This document shows positions 28,295 through 36,060 of a stretch of 64,000 nucleotides of DNA, one piece after another. This stretch comes from a virus. Taxonomy: Duplodnaviria > Caudoviricetes. The position numbers and the translations under genes are program-made. The notes beneath the pieces were generated by a model. That model had not been told where the DNA came from and did not search any database. It worked only from the letters and a program-made list of their open reading frames with translations. The stretch is taken from positions 208,471 through 272,470 of IMG/VR virus record IMGVR_UViG_3300038443_002533; one strand, 5' to 3'. How positions within the stretch are numbered: the first letter of the stretch is position 1; each line of letters starts with the position of its first letter.

Positions 28295-29599
28295 ATGACT
28301 GCAACTCAAACCCCTTTCACCTTGCAGAACGATTTCTCCAAACTCAAGATGACGGGTGAAGCAGCGACGTTGCCGCTTTACATCGATCTGGCAATCTTCG
28401 ACCTCATGGCCGACGGCCGCAAACGTTCGATCAATGAAGTCGTGAGCGCGCTCGCTGTGCTGGGCTACATGCGTAAGGATGTCAACCGTCGCATGGTGGT
28501 CATGCTCCACAAGAGCAAAACCTTCGTGGAAGCCGCGGGCGGTAAAGGTAAGGTGTTGTACGAAATCAAGAAGGGCGCCACTCGCCCTGACTCATTCGCC
28601 ACTACCAAACCCCAACACGTCGTCAAGGAAAGCGACATCGTGCTGGAACCGCAAGCCCGTCTCATCCCCGTCACGCATCGCAAGCGTCGACACATCGATC
28701 TCCAGGAGTTCACCATGCAACCTCACACCACCCCCTCGCAAACCCCGGCACCGCTGTTCACCACCACCGAACCGGAACCGACGCCGGTCGAATTGGCCCG
28801 CCAAGACGTGGCTGCCGAAATCGCGCGGGTTGAACTGGAAGCGACCCACGTCAACCCGAACGACCCGGTCCGTGTCGGCCTGTGGAAAGTCATGGCCGAT
28901 CACGCCTGGTACAAGTCGACCGACCTCGTGACCCTGTTGGCGGATTTCTACCCGTCCGACATCGTGCGCTATCACCTGCGTCAGATGGTCAAGACCAATA
29001 TGGTGGAGGTCGATGAATCGAGCGCCCAGACGCACAAGTACCGCCTGAACGAAGGTGTGGCGATGCCGGAAGGTTTGGAACCGTACAAACCGAAAGCCTC
29101 GACCACCCCCGCCCCGCAACCGCAACTCCCGCTCAACCAGGAACCCGAGATGAAAACCAATATCGAAATGCCGGCGAAAGCTTACCTGAAGTCCCCGCCA
29201 GCGCCGCTGGCCAGCCCGCTCGAAGAAAAGCCGATGATCGACACCAGCAGCAACCAAGCAGCGGAACCGTTCAACCAGTTCAAGAACCCGGACGAGCCGC
29301 AACAACCGGCAACCACTCTGCTGGATCTGGTTCAAGCGTCGACCAAAGACAAACCGAAGGACGTGCCGCTGGTCGAGGTCGGCGGCATCAACGTTCTGGG
29401 TCAACGCTTCTCCTACCGTGAGGCCCGCGAACTGCTGGCTGAACTGAAGACCGAGGGTTACGGTACTGTCCATGGCGTCGTCGGCCATCGTGCCGGTAAG
29501 CACATCACGGTGCGTTGGTCGGTGACGATCGGTACGGTGCAAGTCACGCCGCACCAAGCCAACGATATCGCACTGTCGTTGATCGACGAACTGGAATAA
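28295..29599 (+). CDS. Multi-domain protein with two winged-helix-like repeats and Pro-rich linkers
   Basis: Repeat 1 AIFDLMADGRKRSINEVV...KVLYEIK; repeat 2 GLWKVMADHAWYKSTDLV...THKYRL. Confidence 0.6.
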   Translation: MTATQTPFTLQNDFSKLKMTGEAATLPLYIDLAIFDLMADGRKRSINEVVSALAVLGYMRKDVNRRMVVMLHKSKTFVEAAGGKGKVLYEIKKGATRPDSFATTKPQHVVKESDIVLEPQARLIPVTHRKRRHIDLQEFTMQPHTTPSQTPAPLFTTTEPEPTPVELARQDVAAEIARVELEATHVNPNDPVRVGLWKVMADHAWYKSTDLVTLLADFYPSDIVRYHLRQMVKTNMVEVDESSAQTHKYRLNEGVAMPEGLEPYKPKASTTPAPQPQLPLNQEPEMKTNIEMPAKAYLKSPPAPLASPLEEKPMIDTSSNQAAEPFNQFKNPDEPQQPATTLLDLVQASTKDKPKDVPLVEVGGINVLGQRFSYREARELLAELKTEGYGTVHGVVGHRAGKHITVRWSVTIGTVQVTPHQANDIALSLIDELE

Positions 29600-29609
29600 T
29601 CCCATCTAT

Positions 29610-29637
29610 CCCTAGGCTCCCTTACGGGGGCTTAGGG
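29610..29637. terminator. Hairpin after 28295-29599
   Basis: CCCTAGGCTCCC-TTAC-GGGGGCTTAGGG. Confidence 0.5.
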
Positions 29638-29713
29638 TGAGAATGGTTTTGAGAGACTGCGGTTTCTCACAAACATTTTCTTGCCTATAACCAACAACAC
29701 AAGGAGCTTTACC

Positions 29714-29866
29714 ATGTACCAAATCAATGAATTCAAAAACAGCACCATCGGCCAAGCCATCGCTACCGAAGCCCGCGATCGTTCGGATCGTAAGATCACC
29801 CTCACCGTCACCGCGATCATCGCCGCACTCGTGATCGTCGCTTTCAAACACGCCATCGGCGGTTAA
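29714..29866 (+). CDS. Small C-terminally anchored membrane peptide (50 aa)
   Basis: Leader motif with AAGGAG; ITLTVTAIIAALVIVAF. Confidence 0.6.
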   Translation: MYQINEFKNSTIGQAIATEARDRSDRKITLTVTAIIAALVIVAFKHAIGG

Positions 29867-29879
29867 TCAAGGAGACGAC

Positions 29880-30098
29880 ATGGCTACCATGGATAACGCA
29901 GAAGTCCTGCTGGCAAAAGCCCAGTTCGCGCAACGTAACATCGCTCTCGTGGCGAATAAATGGGGCGAGGATTCGGAACTGGTCGAGATGGCGAAGGAGC
30001 AGTTCGAGCATTACTTTAATCTCGCATCGGAAGCGTACAACCAAGTCTTGGGTGAAACCATGACCCGGGTGGAACAAATCCTGCAACAACTTCATTAA
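29880..30098 (+). CDS. Hypothetical helical protein
   Basis: AAGGAG RBS; 72 aa. Confidence 0.6.
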   Translation: MATMDNAEVLLAKAQFAQRNIALVANKWGEDSELVEMAKEQFEHYFNLASEAYNQVLGETMTRVEQILQQLH

Positions 30099-30103
30099 GA
30101 GAG

Positions 30104-30147
30104 CATAGAGACAGGGGTTCGTCCCCTGTCTCTGGGCTTTTTTATTT
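30104..30147 (+). terminator. Intrinsic terminator abutting the promoter repeat
   Basis: AGAGACAGGGG-TTCG-TCCCCTGTCTCT, then GGGCTTTTTT. Confidence 0.7.
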
Positions 30148-30162
30148 CACGTCTATATCACT
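30142..30162 (+). promoter_or_regulatory. Putative phage promoter (exact copy of 10069-10089)
   Basis: TTATTTCACGTCTATATCACT. Confidence 0.6.
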
Positions 30163-30176
30163 TAGAGGAAGGCTTT

Positions 30177-30497
30177 ATGAAGAACTCTCCAGCTAACAAA
30201 GAAGGGACGTCGTTTATCGAAACCTTCGTGATCGATCTGGCGCGTGGGATGGTGGGTACCATGGAACTGCTCGTACAAGAATCCCGGGAACGGGAACGTG
30301 CGATTCGTGAACGCAGCCGTCGTCATGCGGTGCGTCTTATCGAACGAGCGATCCGTACCCATCGGCGTATCAGCCGTGACCGGTTGGCCAAGTATGTTCG
30401 TAACGCGCACCTGTCGATCCCAGACTTTGCCGACGAACTCCGGATTCCTCCGACCCAGCTCAAGAAAGCCTTGAAACGCTGGTACCATTTCTTTTAA
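30177..30497 (+). CDS. Small protein with C-terminal HTH-like motif
   Basis: LSIPDFADELRIPPTQLKKAL; Arg-rich middle. Confidence 0.5.
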   Translation: MKNSPANKEGTSFIETFVIDLARGMVGTMELLVQESRERERAIRERSRRHAVRLIERAIRTHRRISRDRLAKYVRNAHLSIPDFADELRIPPTQLKKALKRWYHFF

Positions 30498-30509
30498 CAG
30501 GAGCGCATC

Positions 30510-30788
30510 ATGAATAACCAACAAAAAGCTCAAGCGCACAAACGTCAATACAAAAAGAAAGCTCGGGATAACCGAGCGATGAGTCGCGCTTTGCGGCTGT
30601 TTCCCAGTATGGGTGGCGTGTGTATCGATTTGCCGGTGACCAGTAATACCAATTGGGCTTTGACGGATTTTGGTACAACAGCCACAGACACTGGCGCCGC
30701 AGACCGCATCGTCAAGTCGATGGATGACGTGACGAACGGGCTTTTTAGTCAGCATTTTAACAAACAAAAAGAAGGTCAACATGGCTGA
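30510..30788 (+). CDS. Hypothetical basic protein
   Basis: AGGAG RBS; 92 aa. Confidence 0.55.
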   Translation: MNNQQKAQAHKRQYKKKARDNRAMSRALRLFPSMGGVCIDLPVTSNTNWALTDFGTTATDTGAADRIVKSMDDVTNGLFSQHFNKQKEGQHG

Positions 30789-31002
30789 ACTTTCCGCATT
30801 CGATAAGATGCGAATCAAAGTCGTCGAAGAACGGCTCGGCGTACCGATTACGACATACACTGCCGAAGAATGGTTGAACAAAGCCATCGAATCGGAAGAG
30901 ATTGCCAAAAGCGGCGATCCGCAGATCATTCCGGAATGGTGGTTCCAAGCCAGTCTGGATCAGCAGAAAGCCGCCGAGTTGGCAGAAAAGCTCGCCCAAT
31001 AA
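30781..31002 (+). CDS. Hypothetical protein
   Basis: Overlaps the previous gene; 73 aa. Confidence 0.55.
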   Translation: MAELSAFDKMRIKVVEERLGVPITTYTAEEWLNKAIESEEIAKSGDPQIIPEWWFQASLDQQKAAELAEKLAQ

Positions 31003-31022
31003 CCAACAACAAGGATATCAAC

Positions 31023-31472
31023 ATGGCCACTAAATCTGGCAAAGTGCAATTGAAGGACATCAAGGTCGGCAAAACGTTTTATCTGGTACATGCCGACTTT
31101 CCGATCGTGGGACCCCACATGGTCGGCACCGGGGAAGTGCAGCGGATCAAACAAATCCGTGTGACCAGTCGCCCGTTCTTCCGCCGTCTGTCCGCGACCA
31201 TGGCCTTCAAGTTCGTGGACGCTACGGGTCGGGAAGACTGGCTCAATCTCGACGAGATGGTGCTGAACCATACGGCTGCGGAAATTACCCGGGAAGATGT
31301 CCCGTATTTCACGGTATGGGTCAACCATCGCGCGATGCGTCGCTTCTGGATCGAGTTCGAGCGTCGTCAGCCGACTCCTGCGGAAACGCGACGGGTCCAG
31401 CTGCGTGAGGCGGGACTGCACGCCAATCAACGCAGCGTCGCCCAGACACCGCAATTCCAACCCAACCGATAA
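31023..31472 (+). CDS. Hypothetical protein
   Basis: Leader motif; 149 aa. Confidence 0.6.
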   Translation: MATKSGKVQLKDIKVGKTFYLVHADFPIVGPHMVGTGEVQRIKQIRVTSRPFFRRLSATMAFKFVDATGREDWLNLDEMVLNHTAAEITREDVPYFTVWVNHRAMRRFWIEFERRQPTPAETRRVQLREAGLHANQRSVAQTPQFQPNR

Positions 31473-31493
31473 CCAATAACAAGGGATATCACA

Positions 31494-31904
31494 ATGCGAG
31501 TTCAAATTCAACGTCAACCCAGTGGTGCGACCCAGGTTGTAATTGGTCGCATCGCACTCGACGCTAATACGGCCAAGGTGATCCGACCAGCCCTGCTGCG
31601 CCACATCACTGAACTGTCGGCCGCGATCGAAGCTGCGGCTACCAACTCGGTAGCAGAAGGCCAGCGCGGTCGCACCATCAGGGAACGACGTCGGACGTTC
31701 CGTTTATTGGAACACTTCGATATGGTGGTCGAAGAAGTCAATTCGGTGCAAGCGTGGCTGGGTGTCCAGAGTACCCATCTCACTGACCACGACATCGAAC
31801 TCTTCACAGAAGCCATGCGCTGGTTCCGTAACCAGTGGGCGGAAAAAGACACAGACGAATACGCGGCCGCAGACCGCATCCTCCACCTCCTCGACGCGCT
31901 CTAA
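31494..31904 (+). CDS. Hypothetical helical protein
   Basis: Leader motif; 136 aa. Confidence 0.6.
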   Translation: MRVQIQRQPSGATQVVIGRIALDANTAKVIRPALLRHITELSAAIEAAATNSVAEGQRGRTIRERRRTFRLLEHFDMVVEEVNSVQAWLGVQSTHLTDHDIELFTEAMRWFRNQWAEKDTDEYAAADRILHLLDAL

Positions 31905-31926
31905 CATAACTAACCGGGACATCACC

Positions 31927-32745
31927 ATGAAAAACTTTAATATCCGTGACATCGGCAGCTTCTCGCTCCTCTTCATCAACCTGCTGACGCAGGGTATGCG
32001 GATTCGCGATCTTCGACTCGATCAACTGGAAGACAAGTTGGTCGAGTATTACGAACCTCTGGTCAGCAACAAAGGGCACGCCAAGCATCTCGCGTATATC
32101 GCCTACAACCGTTTCTTGAACGGCAACCTCGACGTCCATCACGCTGGTGTGATCATGGAAGCCCTCAATATCCGCATCGACATCGCTATCTCGCGCCTGG
32201 AAGATGCCGCCCCGAACATCGAGGTCGGGGCACCTTACCCATCTATCTGGGATCAAAAGATCGACGCCCTGGGTCTGCAACCGCGTACGGAGAATGTTCT
32301 GCTCACGGAATCGATCCATGGTCAGCCAGCGAACGGGCTCGACTATGTGGGTCAACTCGTCAGCAAGTCCACCCTAGAGTTGCGGGAATACCCAGGACTG
32401 GGTTCCGCGGGGATACAAGACATCATCTCGCGTCTCGCGGCGGTCGGGCAGAAGCTCAACACCGATACAGGTGGCTGGAAACCCCCTGCCGCTGAATCGA
32501 CGATTGATTATGAACGGTTCTCGTTACCAATCTCGGCGCTGTCCGAACTGGTCGGGTATATCGGCGGTACGCTGAAAAACAACAGCATCGAGTTCATCGG
32601 CGATCTGGTGAGAATGAAACCCGAAGACCTGGACGCCATCCCTGGGATCGGGAAAGTCTCCCAGGAGAAAATCCTCGCCGCACTGAAGAAGCGTGGTCTG
32701 GAACTCGGGATGGATGTCGGTTATTGGAGACCGAACAAAAAATAA
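31927..32745 (+). CDS. Protein with two tandem RNA polymerase alpha-CTD-like domains
   Basis: C-terminal LPISALSELVGYIGGTLKNNSIEFIGDLVRMKPEDLDAIPGIGKVSQEKILAALKKRGLELGMDVGYWRP aligns by eye to RpoA CTD ([29 protein letters not shown]...[31 protein letters not shown]). A more divergent copy precedes it. Confidence 0.85.
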   Translation: MKNFNIRDIGSFSLLFINLLTQGMRIRDLRLDQLEDKLVEYYEPLVSNKGHAKHLAYIAYNRFLNGNLDVHHAGVIMEALNIRIDIAISRLEDAAPNIEVGAPYPSIWDQKIDALGLQPRTENVLLTESIHGQPANGLDYVGQLVSKSTLELREYPGLGSAGIQDIISRLAAVGQKLNTDTGGWKPPAAESTIDYERFSLPISALSELVGYIGGTLKNNSIEFIGDLVRMKPEDLDAIPGIGKVSQEKILAALKKRGLELGMDVGYWRPNKK

Positions 32746-32764
32746 CTTTACTTAAGGAGTGTTT

Positions 32765-32965
32765 ATGTCGCACCTGCAACCGAACTTCATCGCTAAGAAC
32801 AAAGCGCGTATCCGGAATGCCCATGCGCCGCGTTCGATGCCGCGTAGCATGATCAAGAAGGAAGCCGCTCGTTACCCCATGGCTGACTGGGGCGGTATTC
32901 CGGACAACATGTATTACAGCTGGTGCGACGTCATCAACCACCGAATCTTCACACTCCGTAAGTAA
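32765..32965 (+). CDS. Small basic hypothetical protein
   Basis: AAGGAG RBS; 66 aa. Confidence 0.55.
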   Translation: MSHLQPNFIAKNKARIRNAHAPRSMPRSMIKKEAARYPMADWGGIPDNMYYSWCDVINHRIFTLRK

Positions 32966-32967
32966 AA

Positions 32968-33019
32968 GTGTTCTACTATCCGCTTAGCAATAGGCGGTTA
33001 GTGGAAGTGCTTTTCTTTT
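32968..33019 (+). terminator. Imperfect hairpin with T-tract
   Basis: TTCTACTATCCGC...GCGGTTAGTGGAA followed by GTGCTTTTCTTTT. Confidence 0.5.
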
Positions 33020-33031
33020 ACAGGAATAAAA

Positions 33032-33289
33032 ATGACTTTACCTGAACGTATACGCAAAGATCGACCCATGAACCGCGCTCTGGCGGAACGCTTGCGCATG
33101 GTGGATTTTCTTCTGGATCATTTTGGGTTTTTCCAACGTAAACATCTCATGGATTACTTTGGGATCTCGCCCGTACAGGCATCCAATGATCTCAACGAAT
33201 ACCAGCATTTTGCGCCGACGAATATGAGATACGACGTCAGCGCTCGTATGTACCGCAAAACTGAAAATTTCAAACGTTTATTTCCTTAA
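33032..33289 (+). CDS. Stand-alone CapW/BrxR-type N-terminal winged-helix domain (no WYL/WCX)
   Basis: ERLRMVDFLL..FG...RKHLMDYFGISPVQASNDLNEYQHFAPTNMRYDVSARMY....F..LF matches the recalled CapW/BrxR pattern ERL.FIDF.L...G.I.R.DL...FGIS..QAS.DL..Y...AP.NL.YD.S.K.Y.....F.P.F. Confidence 0.8.
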   Translation: MTLPERIRKDRPMNRALAERLRMVDFLLDHFGFFQRKHLMDYFGISPVQASNDLNEYQHFAPTNMRYDVSARMYRKTENFKRLFP

Positions 33290-33294
33290 CAAAA

Positions 33295-33702
33295 ATGACC
33301 ACTGAGACCCAACTCGAACTGCAATTCCTTCCGGAAGATGGCCCGGAGACCTGCCTGTGGAAAGCTATGCATGGACAAGACTGGCTCAGCAGCCCGCAAA
33401 TCATGGCGCGCTTGGAAGAAGCGGGATGCCGCTTTGCCAGGGTGACCATGCGTAACAAACTGGGCAGCTTCTCGCGCGACATCATGGAAACCCGGCCGAT
33501 GCCCAATACTCCCAGCATCTACCGGAGCGCCAAGCAATACCGCTTGATTGCGGGTAAACCCATGCCCGATAATCTCGACCCGAAAGGGCGGGGTCCGCGC
33601 AACACTTCGGAAGACGACAAACGCATCGAACGTCAGAAAGAAAGCATGACGGCGGCGGTGGATCAAATGTCGGCCATGATGATGATGTTCGCTAAACGCT
33701 AA
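33295..33702 (+). CDS. wHTH-like paralogue A
   Basis: LPEDGPETCLWKAMHGQDWLSS, shared with the next gene. Confidence 0.55.
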   Translation: MTTETQLELQFLPEDGPETCLWKAMHGQDWLSSPQIMARLEEAGCRFARVTMRNKLGSFSRDIMETRPMPNTPSIYRSAKQYRLIAGKPMPDNLDPKGRGPRNTSEDDKRIERQKESMTAAVDQMSAMMMMFAKR

Positions 33703-33718
33703 CAATAATAGGGGTGCC

Positions 33719-34120
33719 ATGAACACTTTAATCAGCTTAACCGTGTTGCCGACGGACGGCCCCATCACGTGCTTGTGGAAGTGCATGTATGGGAAAGGCT
33801 GGATGACGGGTGCCGAAGTCGTAGAAGCGGCGCAGAAGACCCATTACGCCCCCATGACGCTATATCGCATCTTGGGCAAGGTCTCACCCGAGCTGATGGA
33901 GCGACGTAAGTCGAAACGCGCCGAGAGCCGTGGTGGGGCTTGTGAGTACCGGGTGGTGGAAACTTCGACCCCACCCACCGAACGCATCCGCGCCACCAAG
34001 CAACAGATAGAAAGCTGCACAGATCGCCGTGCGGTGGCCGAACACGGTGTGCGTCGGCGTGCCAAGCGAGGAGCAGGTGAAGTACAACGTGTCGTGTGGG
34101 CTTCCAAGTACGCGACGTAA
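33719..34120 (+). CDS. wHTH-like paralogue B
   Basis: LPTDGPITCLWKCMYGKGWMTG; basic C-terminus. Confidence 0.55.
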   Translation: MNTLISLTVLPTDGPITCLWKCMYGKGWMTGAEVVEAAQKTHYAPMTLYRILGKVSPELMERRKSKRAESRGGACEYRVVETSTPPTERIRATKQQIESCTDRRAVAEHGVRRRAKRGAGEVQRVVWASKYAT

Positions 34121-34151
34121 TTCATTTATCATAACTAACAAGGAAATCAAA

Positions 34152-34454
34152 ATGATCAAAGCAGTCGAATTCAATGTCAACATGTCCCAGAACAACTTCG
34201 CTGGCCTGATGATGGGTTCCACGGAGTTGCGCGACTTCTTCCTGGCCGCTCTGCACGAGAACAGCACCACGTGGATGGAATTCACCAAACGTCTGGATGA
34301 AATGGTCAAGAGCGAAGAGATCACCACCTTCGACCATGACCAGATCATGGATCACCTCAAGGACAACATGACGAGCCAGTTCATGTCGTGGCAGCACTTC
34401 CAGTACGCCCTGAAAGCCCTCGGCGCCAAATCCATCAAGATCGTCGTCGAGTAA
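34152..34454 (+). CDS. Hypothetical protein, possible remote paralogue of 63040-63687
   Basis: Leader motif; MSWQHFQYALKAL motif. Confidence 0.6.
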   Translation: MIKAVEFNVNMSQNNFAGLMMGSTELRDFFLAALHENSTTWMEFTKRLDEMVKSEEITTFDHDQIMDHLKDNMTSQFMSWQHFQYALKALGAKSIKIVVE

Positions 34455-34464
34455 GGAGAATACC

Positions 34465-35001
34465 ATGGCAGGTAAAAACCGTTACGGAATCACTTTGATC
34501 AGTTTCCTCTTACAAGTCGCTCCACCCCGCACTCCTCTGGATGAGAAAGCGCCGCGGCCGGATTTCTACGGCACGGTGGTGCACAAGGAAACCGGAGAGC
34601 CACGGCGGGTTGGTGTTCATCTCACTCGCGTCAAGCGTGTCGACGTAAGCCATGACGGTTATCATGACCGCAGCCGCCCACTGGAACAAATTCGGTTGGC
34701 TGTAGCCCAGTTGGCTGGCTGGCATCCAGACGAATTGATCTTCGTTCAACATCACGCCGCTTGGGTGGAAGACTCCCTTTGGGCGGTGTTACACCAGTGG
34801 GCGGATGAACACATCTACCTCTTGACGTCGCTCACCGAACAGCGCTATTGGTCGGCGGAGAAAGGGTGGGTTAATGTCGACGAAGCGACCTGGTTTACCC
34901 AACAGGAAATGATGGATCTGGATTTAAAGCAATTCGGTAAAGAGTTGAACGTCACCTGGCGTGAGATGCCTGAACCGGGCTTTCCCAATCCTTACTACTA
35001 A
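34465..35001 (+). CDS. Hypothetical protein
   Basis: AAGGAG RBS; 178 aa; Trp-rich C-terminal domain (YWSAEKGWVNVDEATWF). Confidence 0.6.
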   Translation: MAGKNRYGITLISFLLQVAPPRTPLDEKAPRPDFYGTVVHKETGEPRRVGVHLTRVKRVDVSHDGYHDRSRPLEQIRLAVAQLAGWHPDELIFVQHHAAWVEDSLWAVLHQWADEHIYLLTSLTEQRYWSAEKGWVNVDEATWFTQQEMMDLDLKQFGKELNVTWREMPEPGFPNPYY

Positions 35002-35007
35002 ACCACC

Positions 35008-35352
35008 ATGAAAACCACCCGTTACAACATGGACAAGGTCCAGCAACTGCCGGAGTACAATCCGGCTGACTACCTGAATGACAAGCAAAGCGCGGCGAAT
35101 GTGTTGAACGAGTTATTCATGACGGAAGACTCGGCGCCGACAATCGCGTACATCCTCGGCGAGCTGAGCCGGAAACACGGCATGTCGGAAGTCTCGATCC
35201 ATAGCGGCATCAAGCGTGAATCGCTGTATCACGCCCTGCGCAAAGACCCCAACTCAAAGCCGCGGTTCGATACCATTTTCAAGGTGATCAACGCCTTGGG
35301 TTTCGAACTGATGGTCGTGCCCGTCAACACCACCCCGGTCTCGGGCAAATGA
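35008..35352 (+). CDS. Orphan addiction-module antidote (HI1420-like XRE HTH)
   Basis: YNPADYL...LGELSRKHGMSEVSIHSGIKRESLYHAL....KPRFDTIFKVINALGFEL matches the family pattern (D.ADYL...ARARGM..VA...GL.RE.LY.AL....NP.F.T..KV..ALG..L). Confidence 0.8.
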   Translation: MKTTRYNMDKVQQLPEYNPADYLNDKQSAANVLNELFMTEDSAPTIAYILGELSRKHGMSEVSIHSGIKRESLYHALRKDPNSKPRFDTIFKVINALGFELMVVPVNTTPVSGK

Positions 35353-35359
35353 AGGAGAA

Positions 35360-35731
35360 ATGATGTTTGCAATTGTACTGCGCCTGATCGCTGACGGCGC
35401 CAAGGCCGATCCTGTTCGTAACCTGGATGTTCTGCCCGATGTCAACAAGGCCATGCCGTTGGTGCTGGAAGAAGACAAATGGTACGTCATGAACGTCGGC
35501 GACGCTCCGACAGTGTTCGGTCGCCTCAACCGGGCACAAAACGAACACCGTAATCTGGTCGATGACGTCACCTTCAAGCGTGCCGCTGCGGTCAAACATG
35601 TCCTCGGCGTGATCGCTGACTTCAAGAGCAAATACGGTGGCCGTAATTGCGCCCATCAAGCCTTCATCGAACTGCAAGTCCTGAGTCCGACCAAGGTGGA
35701 TGACTGCGAAATCAATCTGTCTCAGTTCTAA
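35360..35731 (+). CDS. Hypothetical protein
   Basis: AAGGAG RBS; 123 aa. Confidence 0.55.
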   Translation: MMFAIVLRLIADGAKADPVRNLDVLPDVNKAMPLVLEEDKWYVMNVGDAPTVFGRLNRAQNEHRNLVDDVTFKRAAAVKHVLGVIADFKSKYGGRNCAHQAFIELQVLSPTKVDDCEINLSQF

Positions 35732-35797
35732 TCTGTCGGCAGCATAGCACCCCACCCTTCGGGGTAGGTTTATAACCAACAACAAAGGATATCAAAA

Positions 35798-36010
35798 ATG
35801 TTTACACTGAACGAAGAAATCAAAAAACGTATTGATGAGAAGGCAGGTCCGAATTCTCCGGATTTCTGGTCACAATTTCTCCGCGCTCGCGCCTACTTCA
35901 TCGCCTCGTGCCGAGAAGCTGGGCAGACCGATGCGGAGATCTTCGCCTCCCTTTACATGGACGGACCACAACACGTGACGCGCATCCGTCAAGGTCTCAG
36001 TATCGAATAA
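35798..36010 (+). CDS. Hypothetical protein
   Basis: Leader motif; 70 aa. Confidence 0.6.
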   Translation: MFTLNEEIKKRIDEKAGPNSPDFWSQFLRARAYFIASCREAGQTDAEIFASLYMDGPQHVTRIRQGLSIE

Positions 36011-36015
36011 GACAA

Positions 36016-36055
36016 CATAGCACCCTCCCTGCCTTGCGGCGGGGAGGGTGCTATG
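36016..36055. terminator. CATA...TATG-closed hairpin between the convergent accessory and fibre/lysis blocks
   Basis: CATAGCACCCTCCCTGCC-TTGC-GGCGGGGAGGGTGCTATG. Confidence 0.75.
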
Positions 36056-36060
36056 ATCAC

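Larger units (their letters stand above)
25450..35800 (+). repeat. Dispersed leader motif ATAAC(C/T)AACAACAA(A)GGA..ATG, at least 12 copies
   Basis: Copies begin at about 25450, 25651, 25891, 26866, 28270, 29687, 30999, 31469, 31906, 33699, 34131 and 35772; one more at 13071. Confidence 0.8.

Noticed and set aside
28376-28575. RKDVNRRM resembling the Z-alpha KKEINRVLY motif
   Set aside because: The key Tyr and wing Trp of Z-alpha are absent; kept only as a generic wHTH.
34465-35001. Possible toxin partner of the HI1420-like antitoxin
   Set aside because: Too long (178 aa) and lacks the RelE/HI1419 motifs; no TA pair called.
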